The notes under the pieces were generated by a model. It was not told where the DNA came from. It saw only the letters and a program-made list of their open reading frames with translations, and did not search any database. A stretch of DNA of 38,312 nt from an uncultured bacterium (GTDB lineage: Bacteria; Armatimonadota; Zipacnadia; Zipacnadales; VGFC01). The stretch is taken from assembly GCA_965602825.1 (NCBI GenBank), contig CBFDAZ010000003.1:1-38312 (forward strand). The letters run 5' to 3'. Positions 17,072 to 26,892 of the stretch are shown here, one piece after another. Both the position numbers and the translations under genes were made by a program. The stretch's first letter is position 1. Each line of letters opens with the position of its first letter.

Positions 17072-20000
17072 ATGTGGATCACCAACCTCTCCGTACGGCG
17101 CCGAGTGACGATGATCATGATCATCGGCGCCCTCCTGGTGCTGGGCCTCACGCGTCTGCGGGAGATGCCGCTCGAGTACTTCCCCAGCATAGATATCCCG
17201 GTCGTCTCCGTCTTCACCACCTACCCGGGCGCTGGCCCCGAAGAGATCCAGGAACGAGTTACCAAGCCGCTGGAGGACGCTGTCAGCATCATTAACGGCG
17301 TCGATCAGGTCCAGTCACAGAGCCAGGAGAACGTCTCCGCGGTCACGATACAGTTCGACCTGGAGATCGACCTGGACGTCGCCGCCGCCGATGTCCGGGA
17401 TGCCGTCAGCCGTGCCCGACGCCTGTTCCCCGATGATGTCGAGCAACCGATCGTCTACAAGCTCGACATCGGCGCCTTCCCCATCGTATCGATGGGAGTG
17501 ACCGGCAACCGCTCCGCCAAGGACATGCTCAGCTTCGTCGACGACCGGATCAAGCCCCGCCTCGGGGAAGTAAGGGGTGTCGCGGCAGTCAATGTGACGG
17601 GGGGAGAGGTGCGTGAGGTCCGTGTGGCAGCGCACGAGGACCGACTTGAGGCGGTGGGGCTCTCGGTCGCGCAACTGGCCGGGCTGGTGGCAGCGGAGAA
17701 CGTGAACGTCCCGAGTGGCGAGCTGAAGGAGGGGGGCCGCAGCTTCGCCGTCCGGGCGATGGGGCAGTTCCAGAACCTCGACGAGATCCGTCGTCTCCGG
17801 ATCCCGACCCCGCTGGGCGGCATCGTGTACCTGAGTGAGGTGGCCGAGGTCATGGACACGGTGGTCGATCCGGAGTCCATCACCCGACTCAACGGCAAGT
17901 CCACCGTCGGCATCGATATCCTCAAGCAATCCGACGCAAACACAGTCGCCGTGTCGGAGGGCATCCACAACGCCATCGAGGAACTGAACCGGGAGCTGCC
18001 AGCCGACATCGAGTTCAGCGTCTACAACGATTCGGCCGAGGACACCCGGGAGGCCATCCGGGACGTCCGCGAGGCACTAATCCTCGGCGCCCTGCTGGCG
18101 GCGCTGGTGACCTACCTGTTCCTCCACAACTTCCGGGCGATGATCATTGTCGCCCTGGCCATCCCAACCTCGATCATCGCCACCTTCTTCCCGATCTACT
18201 TCTTCGGCTTCACCCTGAACGTGATGGTCCTGCTGGGCCTGTCCCTCTCTGTGGGCATTCTGGTCGATGACTCCATCGTGGTCATCGAGAACATCGAGCG
18301 CCATCGACGGATGGGTGAGGAGCCGCCCGTGGCGGCTCTCAACGGCCGCGCGGAGATCGGTGGCGCCGCGGTAGCTATCACGTTGGTGGACGTTGTCGTC
18401 TTCGTACCGGTGGCCTTCATGGGCGGCGTCGTCGGTCGGGTCTTCTTCGCCTTCGGTATCACAGTCACGATCGCGACGCTGTTCTCGCTGCTCATGTCAT
18501 TCACACTCACACCCATGCTCGCCTCCTGGTGGTTCAGTCGTGAGACCGCGGAAAGGCAAGAGGCCGCGGCCCAACATTGGTCCGGGCGGATCTTCGCCGC
18601 ATTGGACGCACCCTTCCGATTGCTGGAGAGAACCTACCGGCGGTTCCTGCCCGCCACGCTGCGGTTCCCGATCGTGGCCGTCGTCCTGGGCTACGCCGGC
18701 CTGATCGCCGTTGTGGTGTTCGCCTTCCGCAGCGGCCGGGTCGGGCAGGAGTTCTTCCCCGAGCAAGCCACCGGCCGGGTGTCCATCCTCCTGGAGGCAG
18801 CCCCCGGCACGCGTATTGAGGTCATGGACGCGCATCTCAAGCACATTGAGGAGATCGTGCTTGATAAGCAGCGTTTCCCCGAGGTCCGGGACCTCCGCGT
18901 AACGGCCGGCAGCCAAGGCACTTCGATGTTCGGCGCCGGCAACGTCGGCGGCCGGTACGGCGTGGCGAACCTGTACCTGACGGGCAAGACCGAACGGCGC
19001 AAGGCGAGCCAGCGAACCGACGCTAAGTTCGCCAGGGATCTGCGGGCCGAGCTGGCCGACATGCCCTCGGTAACGGTCAAGGTTGCCAGAGCCACGGGCG
19101 AAACGGGCGGCACCGGCGCGAACATCGAGCTGATTCTGCAGGGCGCGGAACCCGAGGCCATCGACGATGCCGCGGCGACCCTGACCAGGCGGATGCGCGC
19201 GTTACCGGAGCTGCTCTATACCGAGATATCGTCCAAACCGGGGCGGCCCGAGGTCCGGGCTCGTATCGACCGGGTCAGATCCGCTGAGTTCGGCATGACT
19301 GCCGCCGAGGTCGCCATGACCCTCCGCGCCGCCTATGCCGGCGATACCTCAAGCAAGTACCGCGAAAGAGGCGACGAGTACGATCTCCGCACGCAACTCG
19401 CCCAGTTTGACCGTACGCATGCTGCCGATGTCGAGAACCTGTTTGTGGGTCTGTCGCCGACAGGCCAACTGGTCCGCCTCAGAGACGTCGCGGAGGTCTA
19501 CCTGTCAACGGGACCCTCTCGCATCGAGCGTCGCGACCGAGAGCGCGCCGTCGTCGTGTCCGCTTACTTGCAGGAGGCCGTTCGCCTGAGTGCCGGTCAG
19601 GCGGGCGTGGCGGCCATCCTGAAGGACATGGACGAACAAGGCAACCTGGCCGGGGTCAACTGGAAGTGGGGCGGCGAAGTGGAGCGCATGCAGGAGAACT
19701 TCGCCTATATCAAGGACGCGTTGATCCTGGCGATCCTCCTGGTGTACATCGTCACGGCGGCGCTGTACACCAATATCCTCCAGCCGCTCAACGTCATGCT
19801 GACGGTGCCGATGGCGATGGGCGGCGGCATCCTGGCTCTGGCGATAACCGGCGACTCGATCTCGATCGCCTCGTTGATCGGGCTGATCATGGTCCTGGGG
19901 TTGGTGGGCAAGAACGCAATCCTCATCGTGGACTACACCAACACACTGCGAGCGCGAGGAATGGACGTGGACCAGGCCTTGCTCGAGGCCGGACCCACGC

Positions 20001-20260
20001 GAATGCGGCCCGTCTTGATGACGGCCCTGTCGACCACCGCCGCCCTGCTGCCGACAGCTCTGGCCATGAGCGAGGCCTCGGAGTTCCGGGCGCCGATGGC
20101 CATCGTCGTCATCGGGGGCCTCGTGCTCTCCACAGTGCTCAGCCTCCTGATCGTGCCCGCGTTCTATAAGATCACCGATTCCGTCGAGAGGACTTACTAC
20201 GGCGTCGGCGGCGGCCTGCTGCGCCTCATCAATCGCCTCCGGGGCGGAGGTGAAGAGTGA
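17072..20260 (+). CDS. RND efflux permease (HAE1, AcrB/SwrC-like)
   Basis: 1062 aa. Motifs YPGAGPEEI, GILVDDSIVVIEN, GLVGKNAILIVD and RMRPVLMT, so the proton-relay Asp-Asp/Lys/Arg/Thr residues are present. Confidence 0.95.
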   Translation: MWITNLSVRRRVTMIMIIGALLVLGLTRLREMPLEYFPSIDIPVVSVFTTYPGAGPEEIQERVTKPLEDAVSIINGVDQVQSQSQENVSAVTIQFDLEIDLDVAAADVRDAVSRARRLFPDDVEQPIVYKLDIGAFPIVSMGVTGNRSAKDMLSFVDDRIKPRLGEVRGVAAVNVTGGEVREVRVAAHEDRLEAVGLSVAQLAGLVAAENVNVPSGELKEGGRSFAVRAMGQFQNLDEIRRLRIPTPLGGIVYLSEVAEVMDTVVDPESITRLNGKSTVGIDILKQSDANTVAVSEGIHNAIEELNRELPADIEFSVYNDSAEDTREAIRDVREALILGALLAALVTYLFLHNFRAMIIVALAIPTSIIATFFPIYFFGFTLNVMVLLGLSLSVGILVDDSIVVIENIERHRRMGEEPPVAALNGRAEIGGAAVAITLVDVVVFVPVAFMGGVVGRVFFAFGITVTIATLFSLLMSFTLTPMLASWWFSRETAERQEAAAQHWSGRIFAALDAPFRLLERTYRRFLPATLRFPIVAVVLGYAGLIAVVVFAFRSGRVGQEFFPEQATGRVSILLEAAPGTRIEVMDAHLKHIEEIVLDKQRFPEVRDLRVTAGSQGTSMFGAGNVGGRYGVANLYLTGKTERRKASQRTDAKFARDLRAELADMPSVTVKVARATGETGGTGANIELILQGAEPEAIDDAAATLTRRMRALPELLYTEISSKPGRPEVRARIDRVRSAEFGMTAAEVAMTLRAAYAGDTSSKYRERGDEYDLRTQLAQFDRTHAADVENLFVGLSPTGQLVRLRDVAEVYLSTGPSRIERRDRERAVVVSAYLQEAVRLSAGQAGVAAILKDMDEQGNLAGVNWKWGGEVERMQENFAYIKDALILAILLVYIVTAALYTNILQPLNVMLTVPMAMGGGILALAITGDSISIASLIGLIMVLGLVGKNAILIVDYTNTLRARGMDVDQALLEAGPTRMRPVLMTALSTTAALLPTALAMSEASEFRAPMAIVVIGGLVLSTVLSLLIVPAFYKITDSVERTYYGVGGGLLRLINRLRGGGEE

Positions 20261-20544
20261 AGCTCGTCATCGCGATCTTCGAATCGGGCGTCCTGCCGGA
20301 TGTCATGGCCGTGTTGGGGGACCTCGAGGTAACCCGCTGGACGCGCTGGGGCGGCGTACGCGGCGCCGGGGAGAGGAACATCCACGAGGACAACCCGGTC
20401 TGGCCGGGGCTCAACGAGCTACTGCTCCTCGTCCTCCCGCCGGATAAGGTCCGGCCGCTGATCGACAGATGCCACCAGGTCCGGGACTCGTTCCCTCTCA
20501 AGCCCGGCATGAAGTTCATCATCACGGATTGCGAGATCGTCTGA
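20257..20544 (+). CDS. PII-like transporter-associated protein (PG0541-like)
   Basis: 95 aa with a GlnB-like pattern: MKLV..., 'WT.W..V.G.G', 'VWPG.N'. GTGA overlap with the RND stop. Confidence 0.75.
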   Translation: MKLVIAIFESGVLPDVMAVLGDLEVTRWTRWGGVRGAGERNIHEDNPVWPGLNELLLLVLPPDKVRPLIDRCHQVRDSFPLKPGMKFIITDCEIV

Positions 20545-20584
20545 CCCACCCAACCTCTCTCTCCCACCCGAGGAGGCTTTGGCA

Positions 20585-21680
20585 ATGGAAGCGCTCCAGA
20601 TCGGCATCATCGGCACCGGCGGCATCGGAGGGTCGCATCGCAAGGCAATCGACGCTGTTGAGGGCTGTGAACTGCTGCGATATTGTGGAAGACGTGGCCA
20701 GACAAACGGCCGAAGAGCGCAACATCCCGTGGTTCAAGGACTACCCGGACTTGCTCGCGCTCGATCGGGTCGAGGCGGTCGCCGTCTGCACGCCACACTA
20801 CCTGCACCACCCGATGGTCGTCGCCGCCGCTCAGGCCGGCAAGCACGTCATCTGCGAGAAGCCAATGGCCATGACGGTTCGTGAGTGCGACGAGATGATC
20901 GGCGCGGCGACGGCAGCCGACGTCGTCCTGGCCATCATCCACCAGTCTTCCGCCTCGCCCCAGGTCCGCCTCGCGAAGGCAACCATCGACAGCGGAGAGC
21001 TGGGCGACCTCTGGCAGGCAGCCCACCTGTCGCCCGGGCTGCGCACCATGGCCTACTACGCTACCGGTGAATGGCGCGGAACGTGGCACCAGGAGGGCGG
21101 CGGCGTCCTGATCAACCAGAAGGTCCACGATCTTCACACCCTCAACTTCCTGCTTGGCGAGCCGACGGAGGTCTACGGAAGCGTCAAGAACGTGGCGCAC
21201 CATGGCATTGAGGTGGAGGATGTCGCAACAGCTCAGTTCCGGTTCCGCAGCGGGCTCGACCTGCACTTGCAGGTCTCGAACGCCTGTGCCGCACCCGAGG
21301 GTTACACCCAGATCATCGGGGACAACGGCACGCTGGTGCTCAGCGGCGGCGTCAAGATCGGTCGGCCTTCGCAATCGGCGACTGAGTTCGTCGCCGGCTC
21401 GGAAGAGGCGTGGGCGCGACCCGACGTCGAGTGGGAGACACCCGAGCCGCCCGAACTGCCCCATACGGGCCATGCCGCAATGTACGCCGGCTTCCTGGCC
21501 GCGGTGCGGGAGGGGGCGCAGCCGGCGGTAACGGCTGACCACGGTCGCACCGCAGTCGAGATGCTCAACGGCATTATCTTGTCGTCCTGCAGACACAAGC
21601 CGGTCGCCTTTCCGGTGGACCGCGCCGAGTACGATGGGCTTCTGGCCGAGCTATCCGCGGACAAGTGGCCGCTGCGATGA
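20585..21680 (+). pseudogene. Gfo/Idh/MocA oxidoreductase with apparent frameshift near 20672
   Basis: RBS GAGGAGG precedes MEALQIGIIGTGGIG..AVEGCEL in one frame. The rest (CCDIV, VCTPH, GKHVICEKPM, GGGVLINQ.VH.L, EVED) is in another frame. This may be an assembly indel. Confidence 0.8.
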
Positions 21681-21809
21681 TGCCGGCGTGATTCCGCGGG
21701 GCCTCCGGCCGGGCTGACGAGGACCGCCGCCCTTGCCGCCGGGCGTTCCCAGCCCGACGGCGTGGTCCGGCTCGACAGGCGCGGAGGATTCCTGACGGTG
21801 CCCCAACGT

Positions 21810-21836
21810 TGTAACCAAGTGAGCCCTGGCGGCGTC
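21810..21836 (+). promoter_or_regulatory. possible ECF sigma promoter
   Basis: TGTAAC-17 nt-CGTC about 35 nt upstream of the SLH lipoprotein start, matching the generic AAC...CGT ECF pattern. Confidence 0.3.
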
Positions 21837-21871
21837 CTACAAACACGACTGATGCACGGAGGGATGCTCCC

Positions 21872-22747
21872 GTGGCACCCCCTCGGAAACGTCTGCGCCT
21901 GACGGTCGTAGGCACTGTGGTCTTGATTGCCGTTGTCTTGCTGCTGGTCGGCTGTGGCCTGTTCGGTCGCCGCCGCTCCTCTCAACTGAACTGGGTCTTC
22001 CGGCCGGTGGCGAAGTGCGAGTTCATTGATATCGAGGACGACCCCGAGGAAGATGTCATCCGCGAACTGGCGGACCTCGGGGTCTTCGAATACGGCGAGG
22101 GGTACTTCACCCCGGACAGCCCCGTTCTGCGGGGCGAGTTCATCATCTGGCTCCTACGAGCGAACAACATCTTCTGGCGCGATACACCCTCCAAATGGAT
22201 CAAGCTCGCCTCGTTGGATGAACCCAAGCGCTACATGGACGTTCCCCCTCACGAGCACTCCTTCCCGTATGTCAACGGCATGTTGAACGCGGGGTGCCCT
22301 CTCGGCTTCGAGACGAGGGAACTGCACTATCAGAGAGACATGAGTCGCGAACGCTTGATCTTTGTGCGTAACGGTCTGTGTCTCGGTGCGGACGTGGTAC
22401 TGCCCGACCCTGTCCTGGTTGACGAGTACCGAGTCAGGCTGAGGTCGTTCCTGGAGGATGCCGACTCGGTTACCGAGGAGTACGTCCCTGCCGTGCTCGC
22501 GGACCTGCTGGAAGGGAACACCACCAAGCTGGCCTTCGGCGACACCGACAGGCTGTGCCCCAAGAAGACCGTCACACGCCGTGAAGCCGCCCTGGCGCTC
22601 TCAGAGGTGCGGGGACGCACCTACAAGCAAGCGACCGACGAAGTGCTCCCGAAGTGGGTGCCCTTGCCGGAGGCTGAGCGGAAAAGGCTCGAGGAAGAGG
22701 AGGCGGCCAGGCGCGAGCAGATCCGTGGGCACTCGCACCAACACTGA
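21872..22747 (+). CDS. S-layer homology (SLH) domain lipoprotein
   Basis: Lipobox LLVG-C and three SLH-like repeats (FIDI...FTPDSPVLRGEF; YMDVP...MSRE; DAD...PKKTVTRREAA). Confidence 0.8.
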   Translation: MAPPRKRLRLTVVGTVVLIAVVLLLVGCGLFGRRRSSQLNWVFRPVAKCEFIDIEDDPEEDVIRELADLGVFEYGEGYFTPDSPVLRGEFIIWLLRANNIFWRDTPSKWIKLASLDEPKRYMDVPPHEHSFPYVNGMLNAGCPLGFETRELHYQRDMSRERLIFVRNGLCLGADVVLPDPVLVDEYRVRLRSFLEDADSVTEEYVPAVLADLLEGNTTKLAFGDTDRLCPKKTVTRREAALALSEVRGRTYKQATDEVLPKWVPLPEAERKRLEEEEAARREQIRGHSHQH

Positions 22748-22916
22748 GCCTGCGTTGCATCACGCGTCACGGGCGGCCGGGGTCGGGTGGGCGCCGAGGC
22801 CCTGCGCGGACCAGCACCCGGCCAGTGTGCGGACTACTATCCTGCGGGCCCAACCACCACAGATAGGCTCCGTGCAGCCCGCCCTCCGTTTGCAGCGTTT
22901 GTCCTCAAGGCGGCAG

Positions 22917-22946
22917 TTGACAGTCACCGAAGCGGTATGGTAGACT
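22917..22946 (+). promoter_or_regulatory. sigma70 promoter of the SLH-porin gene
   Basis: TTGACA-18 nt-TAGACT with extended TGn. Confidence 0.65.
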
Positions 22947-23060
22947 TCCTTGCAGTCGCCGGGCCGTACGCGGCGATCGGGATATTTGTGCCTACCAGAT
23001 GGCGTCATATCCAATATCAAGCCACCCTTCGTAGCTCACACTGCAGCAGGAGGCGTAGCT

Positions 23061-24716
23061 ATGCGGCGCGCGCTATCTGCCCTCGTTGTCGTCCTCTGCC
23101 TGTATCCCGCGACAGCCTTCTCAGACCTCGCCGGCACGGTTCCCCTTGAGCACTGGGCCTACGACGCCGTCCAGACACTGGTGGACGCAGGGGTGATCGT
23201 TGGTTACCCCAAGACCAGCGATTTCCGCGGCGATCGGGCGCTGACCCGGTACGAGTTCGCCATGGCCATATCGCGCTTGATGGACTGGGCCAGCGATGCG
23301 CGCCCCGCATCTGCGGGTGCACCAGGTCCGGGAGGCCCGCCTGGAAGTGCCGGTGCGCCCGGCCCCAAAGGGGAACGCGGCGATGCAGGCGCGCCTGGCC
23401 CGAAGGGCGACAAAGGCGATGCGGGCCCTCAGGGCCCCCCAGGCCAAGTCACGGATGACGACGTGCGCCAGGCCTGTCAGAAACTGCTCGACGAGTTCAA
23501 GACGGAACTGGCAGACATCGGGGCCCAGGCAGCGGATCTGGACCAGAGGTTGGCCGACCTGGACGACCGCGTCGGCGTGCTCGAGACTGCTCGGCGCCGG
23601 CCGACGATCACGGGCTGGATCGACTACCGCATCGGGCTAGTGGGCGATCTCTGGAAGAACGCCGAGTTCGACGCGCTGACCGCCAAGCTGGGCATTGAGG
23701 GCCCGATCACCGATGAGCTGACGGGCAAGATCACGCTCAAGATGATTGACGACGCCGCGCGCGTGGCGGCTGCACGCGTTACGCCCCCCTTCCCGGATAC
23801 TCTGGGTCTGGGCGACAACGTCTGGCTGGACGAGGCCTTGCTGAGTTTCAGCACCGACTGGCTTACCCCGACCGAGTGGACGGTCGGGCGGCAGTTCATC
23901 CAGTACGGTCTTGGGCTTGCGGTGAGCACGGACCGCCTGAGCCAGCAGGGCGTCCACTGGCGCTTGCCCGACATCGGCAACACCAACACCGCGCTCGATG
24001 TCTTCACCGGCCTCGCGTGGTATGACTGGGGTCGGTCCTTCGGCATCAATCACGACCACTACACGGCGTACCGACTCGCGTACGAGCGTCCCGAGTGGCA
24101 CATCGCCGGAAACTACCTGTTCGACGGTGCGGGGGATGAGCAAGTCTGGAGTGTGGATCTCGCCGCCAATATCTGGAATCGCGACCTTACGTTCGAGTAC
24201 GCGGAGCTTGAAAGGACGGCATCGCGGCAGCGGCTGACCAACTGCCTGGCATGGATGGGCAGCCTGGACCTGATAAACGCCGGCGATGTGAAGGTGACAG
24301 GCATCGCCAGCCGCGCGGACCCCTGCTACGATGTCGCCTTCTCCCAGCTCTACCCGTACTACGAGACGCTGCAGTACGATCTGGCCACTTACCCCGGCGC
24401 CATCCCGTGGGAGCGCTGGACCCGGAACGCATTGATTTTCCGCGGCGCCCGCACTCTTGCAGCCATTGCTACCGTCGACATCGGCGAGACGCCGATCGAG
24501 CTGCGCTACGCCCACCTCGATCCGGTCTACAACACGCCGCCTGCGTGGTGGCCGAATTACGCGGTGGGCGCATACGACGACCTGGTCGCGATCAGCGCCA
24601 CGCGGAATATCGTTGACGGACTCGACGTTACCTTCACGTACGCACGCCAGATGTCCGACGTAGCCGGAGCTGATGACCTTGACCTCCTGCAGGCCGCAGC
24701 CGAAGTCTCCTTCTGA
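23061..24716 (+). CDS. SLH + collagen-like + coiled-coil + beta-barrel outer-membrane protein (OmpM/SlpA/SomA-like tethering porin)
   Basis: RBS AGGAGG and a signal peptide. SLH 'VPLEHWAYDAV..LV.AG.I.GYP..FRGDRALTRYEFA', 15 GXY triplets, coiled coil 'LLDEFKTEL...LDDRVGVLE', alternating beta-strand region and C-terminal Phe. Confidence 0.85.
   Translation: MRRALSALVVVLCLYPATAFSDLAGTVPLEHWAYDAVQTLVDAGVIVGYPKTSDFRGDRALTRYEFAMAISRLMDWASDARPASAGAPGPGGPPGSAGAPGPKGERGDAGAPGPKGDKGDAGPQGPPGQVTDDDVRQACQKLLDEFKTELADIGAQAADLDQRLADLDDRVGVLETARRRPTITGWIDYRIGLVGDLWKNAEFDALTAKLGIEGPITDELTGKITLKMIDDAARVAAARVTPPFPDTLGLGDNVWLDEALLSFSTDWLTPTEWTVGRQFIQYGLGLAVSTDRLSQQGVHWRLPDIGNTNTALDVFTGLAWYDWGRSFGINHDHYTAYRLAYERPEWHIAGNYLFDGAGDEQVWSVDLAANIWNRDLTFEYAELERTASRQRLTNCLAWMGSLDLINAGDVKVTGIASRADPCYDVAFSQLYPYYETLQYDLATYPGAIPWERWTRNALIFRGARTLAAIATVDIGETPIELRYAHLDPVYNTPPAWWPNYAVGAYDDLVAISATRNIVDGLDVTFTYARQMSDVAGADDLDLLQAAAEVSF
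23316..23450 (+). repeat. collagen-like (Gly-X-Y)15 repeat
   Basis: GAP GPG GPP GSA GAP GPK GER GDA GAP GPK GDK GDA GPQ GPP GQV, uninterrupted. Confidence 0.92.
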
Positions 24717-24879
24717 TAACGACACGCAGGGGCCTACGCTACAGGCCTTGCAGGCGTGAAGGCGCCGTTAGAGGAGCCGCAAGTGGAGTTGGCGAACTCC
24801 GGTGTCGTCGAAGGCGTTGTGCCGCGTGGAGAGGCACCGAGCCTGGATCGGGTCTGACACTTCGAGGGGAGACGAGACG

Positions 24880-25302
24880 ATGCGTACACGCTCGTTCTTG
24901 CTGGCAGGGCTGCTCGTCACGGCAACGGGGCTGGTGATCTCGGGCTGTGGAGGCGAGGCTGGCGGGGAGATCGAGATGGTGGGGATCTACTGGGGCGACG
25001 TGTTCGGCGACGACACGGGTATCATCCGGTTCTACATCAGCCCTCGGGGCGCCTTGAACGGGAATGTTCGGCTGTCGGCCTGCGCCGACCCAATCCAGAT
25101 CGTTGGCATTGTGGATGCCTCCGGCGCGGTCACCTGGAGTGGAACAGGCTGCGGGGTGACCTTCAACGGCACTGGCAACGTGGAGCAGTTGGCGCCCGGT
25201 AGTCCGGTGTGGGTCGGGCAGGGCACGTGGAAGGCCACCAACGGCACGAGGGGGACGTGGGGAGTGCGACGGCAAGCTCGTACGGGATCCATCAGCGTGT
25301 GA
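24880..25302 (+). CDS. hypothetical beta-rich lipoprotein
   Basis: RBS GAGGGGAG, lipobox VISG-C, Gly/Trp/Thr-rich beta-strand pattern and two further Cys. Confidence 0.75.
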   Translation: MRTRSFLLAGLLVTATGLVISGCGGEAGGEIEMVGIYWGDVFGDDTGIIRFYISPRGALNGNVRLSACADPIQIVGIVDASGAVTWSGTGCGVTFNGTGNVEQLAPGSPVWVGQGTWKATNGTRGTWGVRRQARTGSISV

Positions 25303-25423
25303 CCTTGCATGGGCGGCTCTGTCACAGCACGCGATCGACCCGGTAAGGCGAGCGTTGTCCACTGGCCCAGGAGCGCAGGCACCCACCCCAGATAGCCCGA
25401 CACAGACAGATCCCATTACCGCG

Positions 25424-25450
25424 GCGGGCGGCGACGTGTTCGCCGCCCGC
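25424..25450. terminator. GC-rich hairpin upstream of folC
   Basis: 11-bp stem GCGGGCGGCGA / TCGCCGCCCGC with a 5-nt loop; no clear U-tract. Confidence 0.35.
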
Positions 25451-25560
25451 ACTACGTTGTGTCCGGTGCGCCAGAGCGCAGTGTGGCTCAGCAGGATGAA
25501 ACGTAACGTGGGCCGAACCAAGTAGCGATCCAGGTGAGAGCCGCGCCCCGCCGGTGTCCC

Positions 25561-26871
25561 ATGGACTATGAGCAAGCGTTCGATTACCTCCATTCGTTGA
25601 TTGACTTCGAGAAGCTGGGCGCCACTTACTTCGGGCGCGACAGATTCCAGCTCGCCAATGTCCGTCGGTTGCTGTCGGGGCTGGGCCAGCCTCAAGAAGC
25701 CTTCCCGGTCGTCCACCTGGCCGGCACCAAGGGGAAGGGCTCGACTGCCGCGATGCTAGACGCCATCCTTCGGCAAGCGGGCTACTCGGTGGGGCTCTTC
25801 ACCAAACCACACCTGGTCGATATCCGGGAGCGCACTCGCCTCGACGGCCGCATGATCGGGAAGCCGGACTTCGCAGCAGCAGTGGCTGCGGTCAAACCAC
25901 TGGTGGACCAGATCAATGCCGATCGCGCCACCGAGGACATCACCTTCTACGAAGCACACCTCGCTGCATCGTTGCTCTACTTCGCCCGCGAACACGTTGA
26001 CATCGCGGTGATTGAGACGGGCCTCGGCGGCCGCCTGGACGCCACCAATGCCCTCGAGCCGGTCGTCTGTGGCATCACCTGCATCGACTACGACCATACG
26101 GACCTTCTGGGCGACCGGCTGGAGGATATCGCGCGCGAGAAAGCGGGCATCATGAAGCCCGGCGTGCCGTGCATCCTGGCCCCCCAGGCACCGCAGGTGA
26201 TGGCGGTGCTGCAGTCTGAAGCCTCTGCGGTGGATGCCCCGACCATCCCGTGCCCGGCAGTGGAGGCCGAAAACGGAACGTTCGCAGTGAGAGGCCGGCG
26301 GCTCTACTGCCATCTCACGCTGACCCTCTTGGGGCAACACCAACGGGAGAACGCCGCGGTCGCCATCGGACTGACGGAATCCCTCGAGAGCGCCGGGTTC
26401 CACGTCACACCGGAGGCCATCGGCAGCGGCCTGGCCAGTGTTGAGTGGCCCGGGCGCTTCCAGGTCATTCCGGGCTCCCCTACTACCGTCCTGGACGTGG
26501 CCCACAACGCCGTGTCGGCGCGTGTTCTCCGCGAGGCGCTTGGGGAACTCCTCCGCAAGCGCTCCGGCTCAGTTCGTCTGCTGCTTGTTGTTGGGATGCC
26601 GGAAGACAAGGACATCGCCGCGTTCGCCCAGGCCCTGTTCCCGCTTGCCGATCGGGTATGCTGCACCCAGGCCGATTCGCCGCGCGCGGCGGCTCCCGAG
26701 CGGCTCCGCGCCGCGGCCCGCGGCCTTGCGCCGGTCGTGACCTGCGTGGCGCCCGTGGCTGAGGCGCTCGAGGCGGTTCGCCAGCAGGCCCGCCCACAGG
26801 ACGTCATCTGCGTCACCGGGTCCTTCCACGTTGTCGGGGAGGCCATGGTAGCGCTTGGCATTCGGCCGTAG
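25561..26871 (+). CDS. folC: folylpolyglutamate synthase/dihydrofolate synthase
   Basis: HLAGTKGKGST, FTKPHL, ETGLGGRLDATN, DHTDLLG, IAREKAGI, WPGRFQ, LDVAHN and TGSF. Confidence 0.95.
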   Translation: MDYEQAFDYLHSLIDFEKLGATYFGRDRFQLANVRRLLSGLGQPQEAFPVVHLAGTKGKGSTAAMLDAILRQAGYSVGLFTKPHLVDIRERTRLDGRMIGKPDFAAAVAAVKPLVDQINADRATEDITFYEAHLAASLLYFAREHVDIAVIETGLGGRLDATNALEPVVCGITCIDYDHTDLLGDRLEDIAREKAGIMKPGVPCILAPQAPQVMAVLQSEASAVDAPTIPCPAVEAENGTFAVRGRRLYCHLTLTLLGQHQRENAAVAIGLTESLESAGFHVTPEAIGSGLASVEWPGRFQVIPGSPTTVLDVAHNAVSARVLREALGELLRKRSGSVRLLLVVGMPEDKDIAAFAQALFPLADRVCCTQADSPRAAAPERLRAAARGLAPVVTCVAPVAEALEAVRQQARPQDVICVTGSFHVVGEAMVALGIRP

Positions 26872-26892
26872 AGCCGCTTCGGTGGACACCAC

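Noticed and set aside
25303-25560. Folate-related riboswitch upstream of folC
   Set aside because: Only one GC hairpin is evident, and it lies upstream of the candidate promoter motif. No THF or ZTP riboswitch consensus was recognised.
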